The notes under the pieces were generated by a model. The model was not told where the DNA came from, did no database searches, and saw only the letters and a list, made by a program, of their open reading frames with translations. DNA of 53,700 bases from contig JBMNUL010000001.1 of the NCBI GenBank assembly GCA_050946255.1, positions 1 to 53,700 on the forward strand, written 5' to 3'. This document shows positions 1 to 9,142 of the stretch, piece by piece. Position numbers and translations under genes: made by a program. Every line of letters starts with the position of its first letter. The stretch's first letter is position 1. This DNA is from Coriobacteriales bacterium (GTDB taxonomy: Bacteria; Actinomycetota; Coriobacteriia; Coriobacteriales; CADBOM01).

Positions 1-504
<504 letters not shown>

Positions 505-625
505 TTGGATTGGGAACAGACCTCGCCCCAGTTCGAATCGTGCGAATCTCAGGTCAATGAAGCATGCCCGGGGGCTGATCTGTCCCCGCTAGGGAAATAT
601 GCGTAGCCCGATAGAACCCGGCTTG

Positions 626-1495
626 CTAAATCCTGGGCGAGAACTTTGCCCTCATCGCGTCATATCCACGTGACACGACTTCTTCGAAGCCTTCTCCCAG
701 AGCCTGCTTCATGTAGCCGAGTTCCTGCTTGGCGGCGTCTGCGTGGAGCACATCCCCGGCACCTGCGTCGCTTCCAGACGCAATCGTCCCGCCCATAGCG
801 GCCACCTCGGCAACAGCCTTCATCTGCATGTCGGCAATGCGCTTCAAAACGTCATCTGGATAATGCCCCGTTCCAATCAAATTGCAGATTGGAGCGAAGG
901 TCGGCACCCAAATGGTGTCGGATTCCGCCAACACCTTGCGGGATTCTTCATCGGAGAAATACCCGTGCTCGACGGAGTCAACTCCTGCCTCCACTGCGTC
1001 CTGTACGGCACGTGCCCCATTGACGTGCGCCATGACGGCCAGCCCCTTGCTGTGGGCGTAACCGATCATCTGCTCCACCAGGTCTCTCGGAAGGGAGTGG
1101 CCTGTGATCTTGCCGAATTCGTTGAAGTCCATGATTCCCGAGAGCATCACCTTGACGTAATCCCCGCCAGCATCGGAGATCTCGTCCACCATGGCCTTGA
1201 AGTCGTCGATTGTCTCGAATGCGCGGCCGATGAACGACCCGTAATTTCCCTTCTGGTGTATAGGGAAGACCGGTGACGCGTAGGCTATCCCATATTCTGG
1301 AGCAATGCTGCGGGCGAGCCATCCAGCACCGAACTTGTCCCCGCCTTCTCGGAGGTAGACAGTGCCGATTTCCGCATATTTCGACAGGGTATTGCGGATG
1401 AAATCCTCGTCCGGCTTTGGCTTGTGTCGCCCGATTGCCTCTTTCCAGTTGATTCCATCGAGCACCATATGCACATGACAATCGTGAATTTCCAT
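626..1495 (-). CDS. Metal-dependent amidohydrolase family protein
   Basis: Motifs present: HxH (DCHVHMV), MAHVNG, VEHG and GSDAG. GGGAG sits 5 nt upstream of the ATG at 1495, so that start is preferred over the ORF-track start at 1513. Confidence 0.75.
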   Translation of the reverse strand: MEIHDCHVHMVLDGINWKEAIGRHKPKPDEDFIRNTLSKYAEIGTVYLREGGDKFGAGWLARSIAPEYGIAYASPVFPIHQKGNYGSFIGRAFETIDDFKAMVDEISDAGGDYVKVMLSGIMDFNEFGKITGHSLPRDLVEQMIGYAHSKGLAVMAHVNGARAVQDAVEAGVDSVEHGYFSDEESRKVLAESDTIWVPTFAPICNLIGTGHYPDDVLKRIADMQMKAVAEVAAMGGTIASGSDAGAGDVLHADAAKQELGYMKQALGEGFEEVVSRGYDAMRAKFSPRI

Positions 1496-1650
1496 GAGGA
1501 CTCCCAGTTCCATTGACCCGCAATACAGGCAATCTAGGTTTGGTTTCGAACAATTTCTCCAAATAGAGGTTAGTCTGTTTCATGGAGTATACTCACTCAA
1601 TATTGTGAAATGTCCGGCGGAGGCACCGCTGGAAAAGCAAAGGAAGACAG

Positions 1651-2418
1651 TTGGACGATTTCGAGTTCGTAGATGGGTACCTCGACCGCATCGAGCTCCC
1701 CCTTATCCCGTCTGTAGACGCGGACAGCCTCATGCTCTTGCAGACCAACCATCTACGCCATGTTCCCTACGAGAATCTGGATATCCTTGAGGGGGACGTT
1801 CCCCTGAATCTTGACGTCGACTATCTGTGGGACAAGATCGTCCGAAGGAAGCGCGGTGGGATTTGCTACGAGCAGAACATCTTGTTCGCTGCGGTGCTCG
1901 AGAAGCTCGGTTTCAAGGTGAGGCGCATGGCGGCGCACGACCCGCTTCTTGGCGCTAACGAGTTCGACCACATGTTCCTCCTGGTTGACTTCCCGATGCT
2001 GGAGGAGACCTGGGTCAGCGACGTGGGGTTCGAGGACAACTTCTTCGCCCCGATAAAGTTCAGGTCGGACACCTGGCAGTCGGATCTTCGCGACATGCTC
2101 AAAGTGGACTCGATGGGTCATGGCGTTTACGACCTTGTCCGGAGGAATTCAATCGGCGACGAAGATGCGCTCTACGAGTTCAACCTCTCCCAGCACTCGG
2201 ATGCCGACTACAAGCCGAGATGCGACTACTTTGCGACCGACCCCAGGTCTCCTTTGAAACGCGGCCCGGTGATCTCCATCGACGCGCCGGGCGGAAGGAA
2301 GCACCTCACACGAGACAAGTTCCGCCATTTCATCGATGGGGAGGAGTTCTCAGTGGACGTTCGCAACCAAGAGCACTTCGATCTGCTTTTGCGTGACGAG
2401 TTTGGTTTGGAGCGCTGA
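1651..2418 (+). CDS. Arylamine N-acetyltransferase (NAT family)
   Basis: The RGGICYEQN catalytic-Cys motif and overall NAT-like length and pattern are present. TTG start with an AAGGAAG RBS. Confidence 0.8.
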   Translation: MDDFEFVDGYLDRIELPLIPSVDADSLMLLQTNHLRHVPYENLDILEGDVPLNLDVDYLWDKIVRRKRGGICYEQNILFAAVLEKLGFKVRRMAAHDPLLGANEFDHMFLLVDFPMLEETWVSDVGFEDNFFAPIKFRSDTWQSDLRDMLKVDSMGHGVYDLVRRNSIGDEDALYEFNLSQHSDADYKPRCDYFATDPRSPLKRGPVISIDAPGGRKHLTRDKFRHFIDGEEFSVDVRNQEHFDLLLRDEFGLER

Positions 2419-2446
2419 TCGCTCTGAGCTTGCGCAGGCTTCAAGG

Positions 2447-3436
2447 CTAGGCTGGCATCTGGATTCCCCTGTGCTCCAGAACCTTCTGGATCATAACGCC
2501 GTACTTCTGCATGGTGGCCGGATCGTCCATGCTGCCCAGGAAGAACCCGAAGAAGCCGTAAGCCTTCCCATACTTGCCATACTCGTCGAAGCACCTGTCG
2601 ACCTCGGCCGATATGCGCTCCGGAGTAGTGTCCGGCATTCCAGGGGCGCCGTTGGAGTCGAAGCCGCCGATGACTGAAAGCTCGTCGCCATATTTCTCGA
2701 TGATCGAGCAGATGTCGTTTGAAGGTTGTGCGGCTTGCCATGCGACCGCTCCCTCGTCGATGAAATCCGGGATGATATCGGTGCAATATCCACAGCAGTG
2801 AATCTGTGGAATCATTCCCAATTCGCGGGCTGCGTCATTTATCTTCTTGTGCGCAGGCTTGATCTGCTGCCTGTAGAGCTCCGGTGACATGAACAGGACC
2901 TTGCCGGTGGCCACGTCGTCGTAGTGCACGACCGAGTCGGGCTGCACGTATTTCACCACATGCTCGAGAAGGCGGATTTTGTAGTCTGCGATTGCCATCA
3001 TCAAATCGGCGGAGGCTTCGGGCTCTTCGAACATCGCAACTAGAGCCCCCTCGAATCCCAGCAGATGCGAGAATCTCAGGAAAACGGAGTTCCAGGTGTG
3101 GTATTCCACTACCTTCTCGTCGGGGTTGTTGTCTCCCATCTGGGTATCTATCATCTTCTGCCAGTCGAAGGCATCGAGGTCTGGGAACTTCACGACATCC
3201 TCCCAATCGCATACGTCATCGAGAAGGATGATGGAAGGGTCTAGCGCCGGTTGCCCGCCTGCAGAGGCTGTTGGGATCCAGTTGCATCCGAATCCATCGA
3301 ACCCACCCTCTAAAGGTCCATTCTCAAAAAATTCATGCTGCCCTCCCAAGATGATGCCATCAGTCAAGAGGAAAGGAACATAGTCTGTGTTCTCATGGTT
3401 CAGCAGTGCAATGTAGTTCTCCTTGGCGTTCATCAT
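2447..3436 (-). CDS. Uroporphyrinogen decarboxylase (URO-D)/MtaA-CmuA family methyltransferase-like protein
   Basis: URO-D-like N-terminus (MMNAKENYIALLNHENTDYVP) and an IHCCGY (H-x-C) zinc-type motif as in MtaA. AGGGGG RBS precedes the ATG at 3436. The ORF-track start at 3520 is probably too long. Confidence 0.7.
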   Translation of the reverse strand: MMNAKENYIALLNHENTDYVPFLLTDGIILGGQHEFFENGPLEGGFDGFGCNWIPTASAGGQPALDPSIILLDDVCDWEDVVKFPDLDAFDWQKMIDTQMGDNNPDEKVVEYHTWNSVFLRFSHLLGFEGALVAMFEEPEASADLMMAIADYKIRLLEHVVKYVQPDSVVHYDDVATGKVLFMSPELYRQQIKPAHKKINDAARELGMIPQIHCCGYCTDIIPDFIDEGAVAWQAAQPSNDICSIIEKYGDELSVIGGFDSNGAPGMPDTTPERISAEVDRCFDEYGKYGKAYGFFGFFLGSMDDPATMQKYGVMIQKVLEHRGIQMPA

Positions 3437-3821
3437 GATGGTTACCCCCTTACCCTTTGCGCATGTATACGCAAGGCAAGTCCGCAGTTTCCACAGTAAA
3501 AGCGCATCCGAAAAGCTCAATGTTAGTCAACGATTAACATTGAAAGCGTTAAGGAATAGGATAACAGTTCCACCGCCGGGCGAATGCGGAACTCTGGCAT
3601 TTTGAGGAAATTGCAGAAAACCAAGTCGAATTTGTAGAAAACGTTTATCGGCCTAGCGCCACAACCGTGCGGGGACCTGTTTGAACTGCCCGATGCCGCC
3701 CATGACCTGGCTGCATTGCGCCACTATTGGGGGGTCTGGTGGATCTAAATGGTCTTGCCACGTCTTTGGACACCTCGTGGCACAATCTCGTGTTAATCAC
3801 GGCCTTTGGCAAATCTCGGTT

Positions 3822-4580
3822 CTAATCGAGCTGAGACTGAGCCTTCTGCCCGTTGGGTGATGACATGAGGTCGGTGCTGTTCTCGAGCGCGGAAGGATCG
3901 CCGTTCTTGTGCTCGACTGGCTCGGCATGGCGTGTCATCAGGTAGAAGAATGGCGTGTCCAGAGCCGCGATTATCAGCTTCACTACATACTGGCCAACCA
4001 TCATGGCGAACAATTGTGGAACCATAGAAGCATCGAACAGCCAGCCCATCCCAACTCCGAAACCTATTCCGATGAAGAAGAAGGTGTCGATGATCTGGGA
4101 TGTCATTGTGGAGGCATTGTTCCAAATCCAGCGCTTCCCCTCGGAACCGCCATTCCCGATGATGCGGTTGCGAATCTTGTGGAAGATGAACACGTCCCAA
4201 GACTGGGACAGGAGGTATGCTGTCATGCTGGCTATCACGAAGGCAACATTCTGCCCGAGCAGCATCTCATAGGCAGCTTGCATGTCGGAGCTCGTTGCGG
4301 GGAGGAACTGCGTGATCACGATCAGGGTTGTGGATATGATCTGGCAGATGAACCCGCACAGCACGACGGTCTGTGACTCTTTTCGTCCCCAGATCTCGCC
4401 AATCACGTCCGTCATCAGGAAGGTGATGGCATAGCAGAGCACGGCTCCTGGAACAGATATCGTGCTCCCGAAAAGCGGGATTCCCGTTTGCACTGTCTTT
4501 GCGGTGATTACGTTGGAAGTTACAAGCACCACGGAGAACACCATGGCGCAAAGCATGAGGTTACGGTTGGTTTTCTTCAT
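3822..4580 (-). CDS. yhhQ: Queuosine-precursor transporter (YhhQ/VUT, DUF165 family)
   Basis: Multi-TM protein with NVITAKT and LMTDVIGEIWGRKES motifs. It lies downstream of queF and directly behind a preQ1 riboswitch. The ATG at 4580 has an AAGGA RBS. Confidence 0.8.
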   Translation of the reverse strand: MKKTNRNLMLCAMVFSVVLVTSNVITAKTVQTGIPLFGSTISVPGAVLCYAITFLMTDVIGEIWGRKESQTVVLCGFICQIISTTLIVITQFLPATSSDMQAAYEMLLGQNVAFVIASMTAYLLSQSWDVFIFHKIRNRIIGNGGSEGKRWIWNNASTMTSQIIDTFFFIGIGFGVGMGWLFDASMVPQLFAMMVGQYVVKLIIAALDTPFFYLMTRHAEPVEHKNGDPSALENSTDLMSSPNGQKAQSQLD

Positions 4581-4587
4581 TGAATAT

Positions 4588-4626
4588 GTCCTTAGTCTTT
4601 TTAGGTTGGATGTCGCGACAACCTCC
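4588..4626 (-). promoter_or_regulatory. preQ1-I riboswitch that sequesters the SD of yhhQ (translational control)
   Basis: Minus strand reads AGGUUG-UCGCGACAUC-CAACCU-AAAAAGACUAAGGAC. It has a 6-bp P1, a 10-nt loop beginning UCGC like the T. tengcongensis aptamer, and an A-rich tail ending CUAAGG that includes the SD 9 nt before the ATG. Confidence 0.75.
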
Positions 4627-4718
4627 CGCAAACGGCGGGAACGTTTAGTTGGCCTCGGGCTTTCGTCGCTTCGGTTGCAGGCAGCCGAATGCAGGCGCGA
4701 ACCCGAAGCCCAAGTACT

Positions 4719-5231
4719 CTATTTGTTTGTGTCCGAAAGCTGCTCGAACATTCTCTTCTCGGCTATCTCCTGATAGCCGTAGCGAGGATTGGCCCAGTTG
4801 GCGAACGGGTAAATCGAAATGCCTCCTCTCGGGTAGAAAAGTCCGCGCACCTCGATGTACTTAGGGCTCATCAGCATCACCAGGTCCTTCATGATGATGT
4901 TGGTGACATCCTCGTGGAAATCCCCATGATTCCTGAACGAGAAAAGATAGAGCTTGAGCGATTTGCTCTCCACCATCCTCTTGTCGGGTATGTAGTTGAT
5001 GTAGAGGGTGGCAAAATCGGGCTGCCCCGTTATAGGGCACAGGGTCGTGAACTCGGGGCACTTGAATGTGACCATGTAATCGTGGTCGGGATGCTTGTTC
5101 TCGAAGGTCTCCAGCACCGATGGGTCATAGTCTGTGCTGTAGACTGTCTTGCCCCCGCCAAGAAGCGTGAGTTCCTCATTCTTGCGGCTTGAATTGTCTA
5201 GCATACGGTCCTCCAGGTTCTTCTGCGCCAT
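4719..5231 (-). CDS. queF: NADPH-dependent 7-cyano-7-deazaguanine (preQ0) reductase, type I
   Basis: Diagnostic [52 protein letters not shown] block. Confidence 0.95.
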   Translation of the reverse strand: MAQKNLEDRMLDNSSRKNEELTLLGGGKTVYSTDYDPSVLETFENKHPDHDYMVTFKCPEFTTLCPITGQPDFATLYINYIPDKRMVESKSLKLYLFSFRNHGDFHEDVTNIIMKDLVMLMSPKYIEVRGLFYPRGGISIYPFANWANPRYGYQEIAEKRMFEQLSDTNK

Positions 5232-5264
5232 GCCCGGTCCAAGGGTGGCTCGCCCAGAGACAGA

Positions 5265-5819
5265 CTATAACTCGCAATCACCTTGCAAGGTGCATCTTTG
5301 CTGCGGAAGATAGGCTAGCGCGCCGTCCACGCGAGTCGACTGGAAGAGGGTCACGACATCGAAAGTTGCAGAGGGAGAATCGATTTGCCGTGCTTTTTCC
5401 AATATGTCCCTGTGGGCCCTCGTGTCAACTTTGCGGGCCAACGTCACATGTGGTTTTATCGGCTTGGGATCGAAGGAAATCTCGTTTTCCGACAGTGCCC
5501 TTCGCACGGAGTTTCCGATGTTTGTGATTGTTCCGTTGTCGTCTATACGCGCCACCAAGATGCCGTTCGAGGGCTTTCCGAACCTGCCGAGGCCCAGCAA
5601 GGAGGCACTTGTGGGGGAAAGGCCGATGCAAGCCTTCCTCACGATTTCCGCCACATTCGTCACCTTTTCGTCTGGGGTTTCCCCGATGTAGGCGAGTGTG
5701 ACGTGGTAAAGCGATGGGTCCACGAACCTTCCATCTATTTGCCTTTGCAGATCAGAGGAAAGATCGGCGAGAATTTTCCTGAGCTCTTCTGGTAGCTCCA
5801 TTGCCACGTACAGTCTCAC
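5265..5819 (-). CDS. thpR: RNA 2',3'-cyclic phosphodiesterase (2H family, ThpR/LigT)
   Basis: Two HxT motifs (YHVTLAY, PHVTLAR). GTG at 5819 has an AGGAGGGG RBS and gives the canonical VRLYVAMELPEE N-terminus. Confidence 0.85.
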   Translation of the reverse strand: MRLYVAMELPEELRKILADLSSDLQRQIDGRFVDPSLYHVTLAYIGETPDEKVTNVAEIVRKACIGLSPTSASLLGLGRFGKPSNGILVARIDDNGTITNIGNSVRRALSENEISFDPKPIKPHVTLARKVDTRAHRDILEKARQIDSPSATFDVVTLFQSTRVDGALAYLPQQRCTLQGDCEL

Positions 5820-6222
5820 TTTGCACCCCTCCTGGGAAGGCGGTTTGAAAAAGTCGGCACGGCATGCTTGCGACTGGCAAGGCAGGCCATTTGCCAATCA
5901 TTGTGCGGAATTTGTGCCGCAGACCATCATCCGCGCCCGAAAGCCCACGGCAGCGCATGGGGCAGTTGTCAAGCGCGGTATACTACGTTCTTGATATTAG
6001 CTCACCCCGGCTGGTCTTGTGCAGGTGCGCACATTGCGAGGAGCATTAATATGTGTGCCCGTACTCGGGATGCTTTCGGTCGGACTTGTGCCGATATGTG
6101 CATTGCGAGCGCTTTTGGTCTCGCGTTCTCTTGGGGCATTTGCCGGGGTCGCTCTCATTTGGTTTCAAGACGCCTTGCGGGTCCTTTTGGATCATGCGGC
6201 ATGTTGCAGATTCGGAGTTTTT

Positions 6223-8064
6223 ATGTGCGGTATCGTCGGATACACCGGAACCAAACAGGCCAAGGACATCCTTCTCACCGGTTTGAAGAGGATGGAATAC
6301 AGGGGTTACGATTCGGCGGGAATGGCGATCCAAACTCCCGATGGCCTCGATGTGGAACGTCGGCTGGGCAAGGTTTCCGAGCTGGATAACCTCGTTGAGA
6401 ATATGGACATCGAGGGAACTTGTGGAATCGCCCACACCCGCTGGGCGACTCATGGCAAGCCGAGCGAGGCGAACGCGCATCCACAGGTCTCTTGCCATGG
6501 GGACATAGCCGTGGTCCACAACGGGATCATCGAGAATTTCGCGATACTGCGTGAACAGCTCATCGCTGCCGGGCACACCTTCGAGAGCGAGACCGACACC
6601 GAGGTCATTGCACATCTCGTGGAAGATGCATATCACGAGGAACACGATTTGATGAAGGCCCTCATCTACACATGCTCGAAGCTTGCCGGAGCATATGCCC
6701 TCGCAGTGGTCTGCGAGCAGGAGCCTGGCGTAATAGCCGTTGCCCGCAAGGATTCTCCGGTTGTCGTCGGCAAGGGCAAGGACGGTGCGCTCGTGGCTAG
6801 CGATATCGTCGTGCTCATCGATGAGACCCGAGACGTTGTGGTCATGGACAATGACACGTTTGCCAAGCTCAGCTGCACGGACGGAGTGCCGCAGATCGAG
6901 TTCATGGACATCGATGGCAGGAAGATCGAGCAGAAGACGATTCACGTGGATTGGGACATCTCGGCAGCTGAGAAGGGCGGGTATCCCGACTTCATGCTCA
7001 AGGAGATCTTCGAGGAGCCCAGAACCGTGAGGGATACTCTGGCGGGCCGTCTCGTCAACGGGAGGCTGCAGTTCGACGAGCTCAACCTCAACTACGAAGA
7101 GCTGATCGCAATCGACCGTGTGTACATTATCGCGTGTGGCACGAGCTATCATGCGGGTCTCATCGCCAAGAACCTAATAGAGCGGTGGAGCCGCATTCCC
7201 TGCGAAGTCGAGGTTGCCAGCGAGTTCCGCTACAGGGACCCGATCATCACTCCATCCACACTTGTGGTGGCAGTGTCTCAATCTGGTGAGACGGCGGACA
7301 CGCTTGCCGCGATCAGAGACGCCAGGATAAAGGGCGCGAAGGTCTTCGGAATCACCAACGTCGTGGGAAGCCAGATTGCAACGGAGAGCGACGGCGTGAT
7401 CTACATCAAGGCCAACAAGGAGATTTCCGTTGCAGCCACCAAGAGCTTCATCGGGCAGATTACCGCCCTCACGCTGTTGGCGATGCTACTGGGTCAGATT
7501 CGCGGCAGGCTCACCCCGAGCCAGATAAGGATGCTCTTCAGGGAGCTGGCGGATACAGCGGGACAGATCGAGACGATTCTCTCCGACACAAAGGTGATCG
7601 ATGAGGCGGCGAAGGCATGCAAGGATGCGTCCAGCGCGCTTTTCATCGGACGCGGTCTGGGTTCCACTATTTGCTACGAGGGGGCGCTCAAGCTCAAGGA
7701 GATCAGCTACTTGCACGCCGAGGCCTACCCTGCAGGCGAGATGAAGCACGGCCCAATCGCTCTTCTCGAGGAAGGTTTCCCGGTTATAGCCGTTGCGACG
7801 AACAGCCCCACATACGACAAGGTCGTCTCCAACATTCAGGAATGCAAGGCCCGCGGTGCGACTATTGTCGCCATTGCCACAGCTGGTGACGAGGAGATCA
7901 AGAAGAATGCCGACTATGTGATCTACATCCCGAAGGTACGTGACTGCTTCAGCGCGATCACCGCCAGCGTGCCACTGCAGCTTTTCGCCAGATCGGTTGC
8001 AATTGCTCGCGGCTGTGACGTTGACCAACCTCGCAACCTGGCGAAGTCGGTAACAGTGGAATAA
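6223..8064 (+). CDS. glmS: Glutamine--fructose-6-phosphate aminotransferase
   Basis: Canonical MCGIVGY N-terminal nucleophile, two SIS domains and a C-terminal KSVTVE. The in-frame upstream extension from 6019 is rejected. Confidence 0.97.
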   Translation: MCGIVGYTGTKQAKDILLTGLKRMEYRGYDSAGMAIQTPDGLDVERRLGKVSELDNLVENMDIEGTCGIAHTRWATHGKPSEANAHPQVSCHGDIAVVHNGIIENFAILREQLIAAGHTFESETDTEVIAHLVEDAYHEEHDLMKALIYTCSKLAGAYALAVVCEQEPGVIAVARKDSPVVVGKGKDGALVASDIVVLIDETRDVVVMDNDTFAKLSCTDGVPQIEFMDIDGRKIEQKTIHVDWDISAAEKGGYPDFMLKEIFEEPRTVRDTLAGRLVNGRLQFDELNLNYEELIAIDRVYIIACGTSYHAGLIAKNLIERWSRIPCEVEVASEFRYRDPIITPSTLVVAVSQSGETADTLAAIRDARIKGAKVFGITNVVGSQIATESDGVIYIKANKEISVAATKSFIGQITALTLLAMLLGQIRGRLTPSQIRMLFRELADTAGQIETILSDTKVIDEAAKACKDASSALFIGRGLGSTICYEGALKLKEISYLHAEAYPAGEMKHGPIALLEEGFPVIAVATNSPTYDKVVSNIQECKARGATIVAIATAGDEEIKKNADYVIYIPKVRDCFSAITASVPLQLFARSVAIARGCDVDQPRNLAKSVTVE

Positions 8065-8080
8065 TCGATGATGTGGAACC

Positions 8081-9142
8081 TTGCGAGGAGATAGATTGAG
8101 CGAAGAAACCGATAGCGACCTTGAGCTTCCGATGCAGCTGAGCGTGGAGGAGGGAATGGAATACCTTCTCACGGGAGACTTCAGGGGCAATGCGGAGGTT
8201 CCCGTGTTGCCCGCGGAAGAAAGCGAGGCCGAATCTACCGGGACAGGGGCCGTCAACGGAAGTGGCTCCGATGGCGAAGACTCCAAGGTCGGTGAGGCTG
8301 AGGCGAATTCGCAGGATTCCGAAGCTGGCAATGGCGAGAAGGATGCGGAGTCTGCCGAAGACGATGACACCAGCGATTCTGAAACTGCCTCTGCCGAATC
8401 CGATGGTACGAGCGATTTCGAAGCCCCGCCAGCCAGCGCTGGTGAGAGAGGAGCTGCCTCCGAAGCCGAAACCCCGGCAGATGGCGACTCCAACATCCGC
8501 CCTGCAGCGGGTTCGCTGGTCGGTCTCGGTGTGGATATCGTGGAAATCGCTAGAATGGAGAAGATTCTCGAGAGAACCCCGCACTTCAGGGAGAGGATCT
8601 ACACTCAGGGCGAGCGCGACTACTGCGATTCCAAGCCCAATCCAGCCGTTCACTATGCGTTGTTCTTTGCCGCAAAGGAAGCCGTCTTCAAGGCTCTTGG
8701 AACAGGTTTCCGCGGAATGGGAGTGAACGATGTCGAGGTGGTCCACAACCGCTTTGGCAGGCCAGAGGTCGTTTTGTCGGGGGAGGCCGAGAAGGTAGCC
8801 GCCGAGCAGGGCGTGCACGAAGTCTATCTTTCCCTCTCCTATACGCACACGACCGGAGTCGCCTCGGCAGTCGCGGCTCGCAAAGAGGATATCCCCGAAA
8901 AGGTGAAGCGCGACGATGAGGTTCGCAAGCTCGATCAGCAATTCAAGAACATGAGGGCTATGCTCAATGATATAGATGCCAAGCTCACCGAGATCGAGAA
9001 CGCAGGAGCTGCTCATGCCGAGTCGGGCGATGGCAATGACAGCTCGGCATCGGAAACGCCGATGATCGAAGAGACAAGCAATATTACTACACCAGCGGAT
9101 GAAGGCCCCGAGGGACCGCAGGAGGTTGTGGACAATGCCTGA
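8081..9142 (+). CDS. acpS: Holo-ACP synthase (4'-phosphopantetheinyl transferase) with long acidic N- and C-terminal extensions
   Basis: The AcpS core GLGVDIVEIARMEKIL...FAAKEAVFKALG...RPEVVLSGEA...SLSYTHT spans about nt 8519-8885. It is flanked by about 145 aa of E/D/S/G-rich sequence and about 90 aa of C-terminal tail. Start is uncertain (TTG 8081, TTG 8096 or ATG 8132). Confidence 0.8.
   Translation: MRGDRLSEETDSDLELPMQLSVEEGMEYLLTGDFRGNAEVPVLPAEESEAESTGTGAVNGSGSDGEDSKVGEAEANSQDSEAGNGEKDAESAEDDDTSDSETASAESDGTSDFEAPPASAGERGAASEAETPADGDSNIRPAAGSLVGLGVDIVEIARMEKILERTPHFRERIYTQGERDYCDSKPNPAVHYALFFAAKEAVFKALGTGFRGMGVNDVEVVHNRFGRPEVVLSGEAEKVAAEQGVHEVYLSLSYTHTTGVASAVAARKEDIPEKVKRDDEVRKLDQQFKNMRAMLNDIDAKLTEIENAGAAHAESGDGNDSSASETPMIEETSNITTPADEGPEGPQEVVDNA

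Noticed and set aside
4581-4631. Longer yhhQ ORF starting at TTG 4631.
   Set aside because: The extra 17 codons are exactly the preQ1 aptamer and its SD. The ATG at 4580 has the proper RBS.
6019-6222. 68-codon in-frame N-terminal extension of glmS in the ORF track.
   Set aside because: GlmS requires Cys as the first residue after Met removal. MCGIVGY begins at 6223, and the extension is hydrophobic nonsense.
5960-6222. Canonical glmS ribozyme upstream of glmS.
   Set aside because: I could not find the AGCGCC cleavage segment, the P1 hairpin or the CGGCGGAUGCC core. Only weak string resemblance is present. I kept it as a low-confidence structured-leader finding, to be settled by cmsearch with RF00234.
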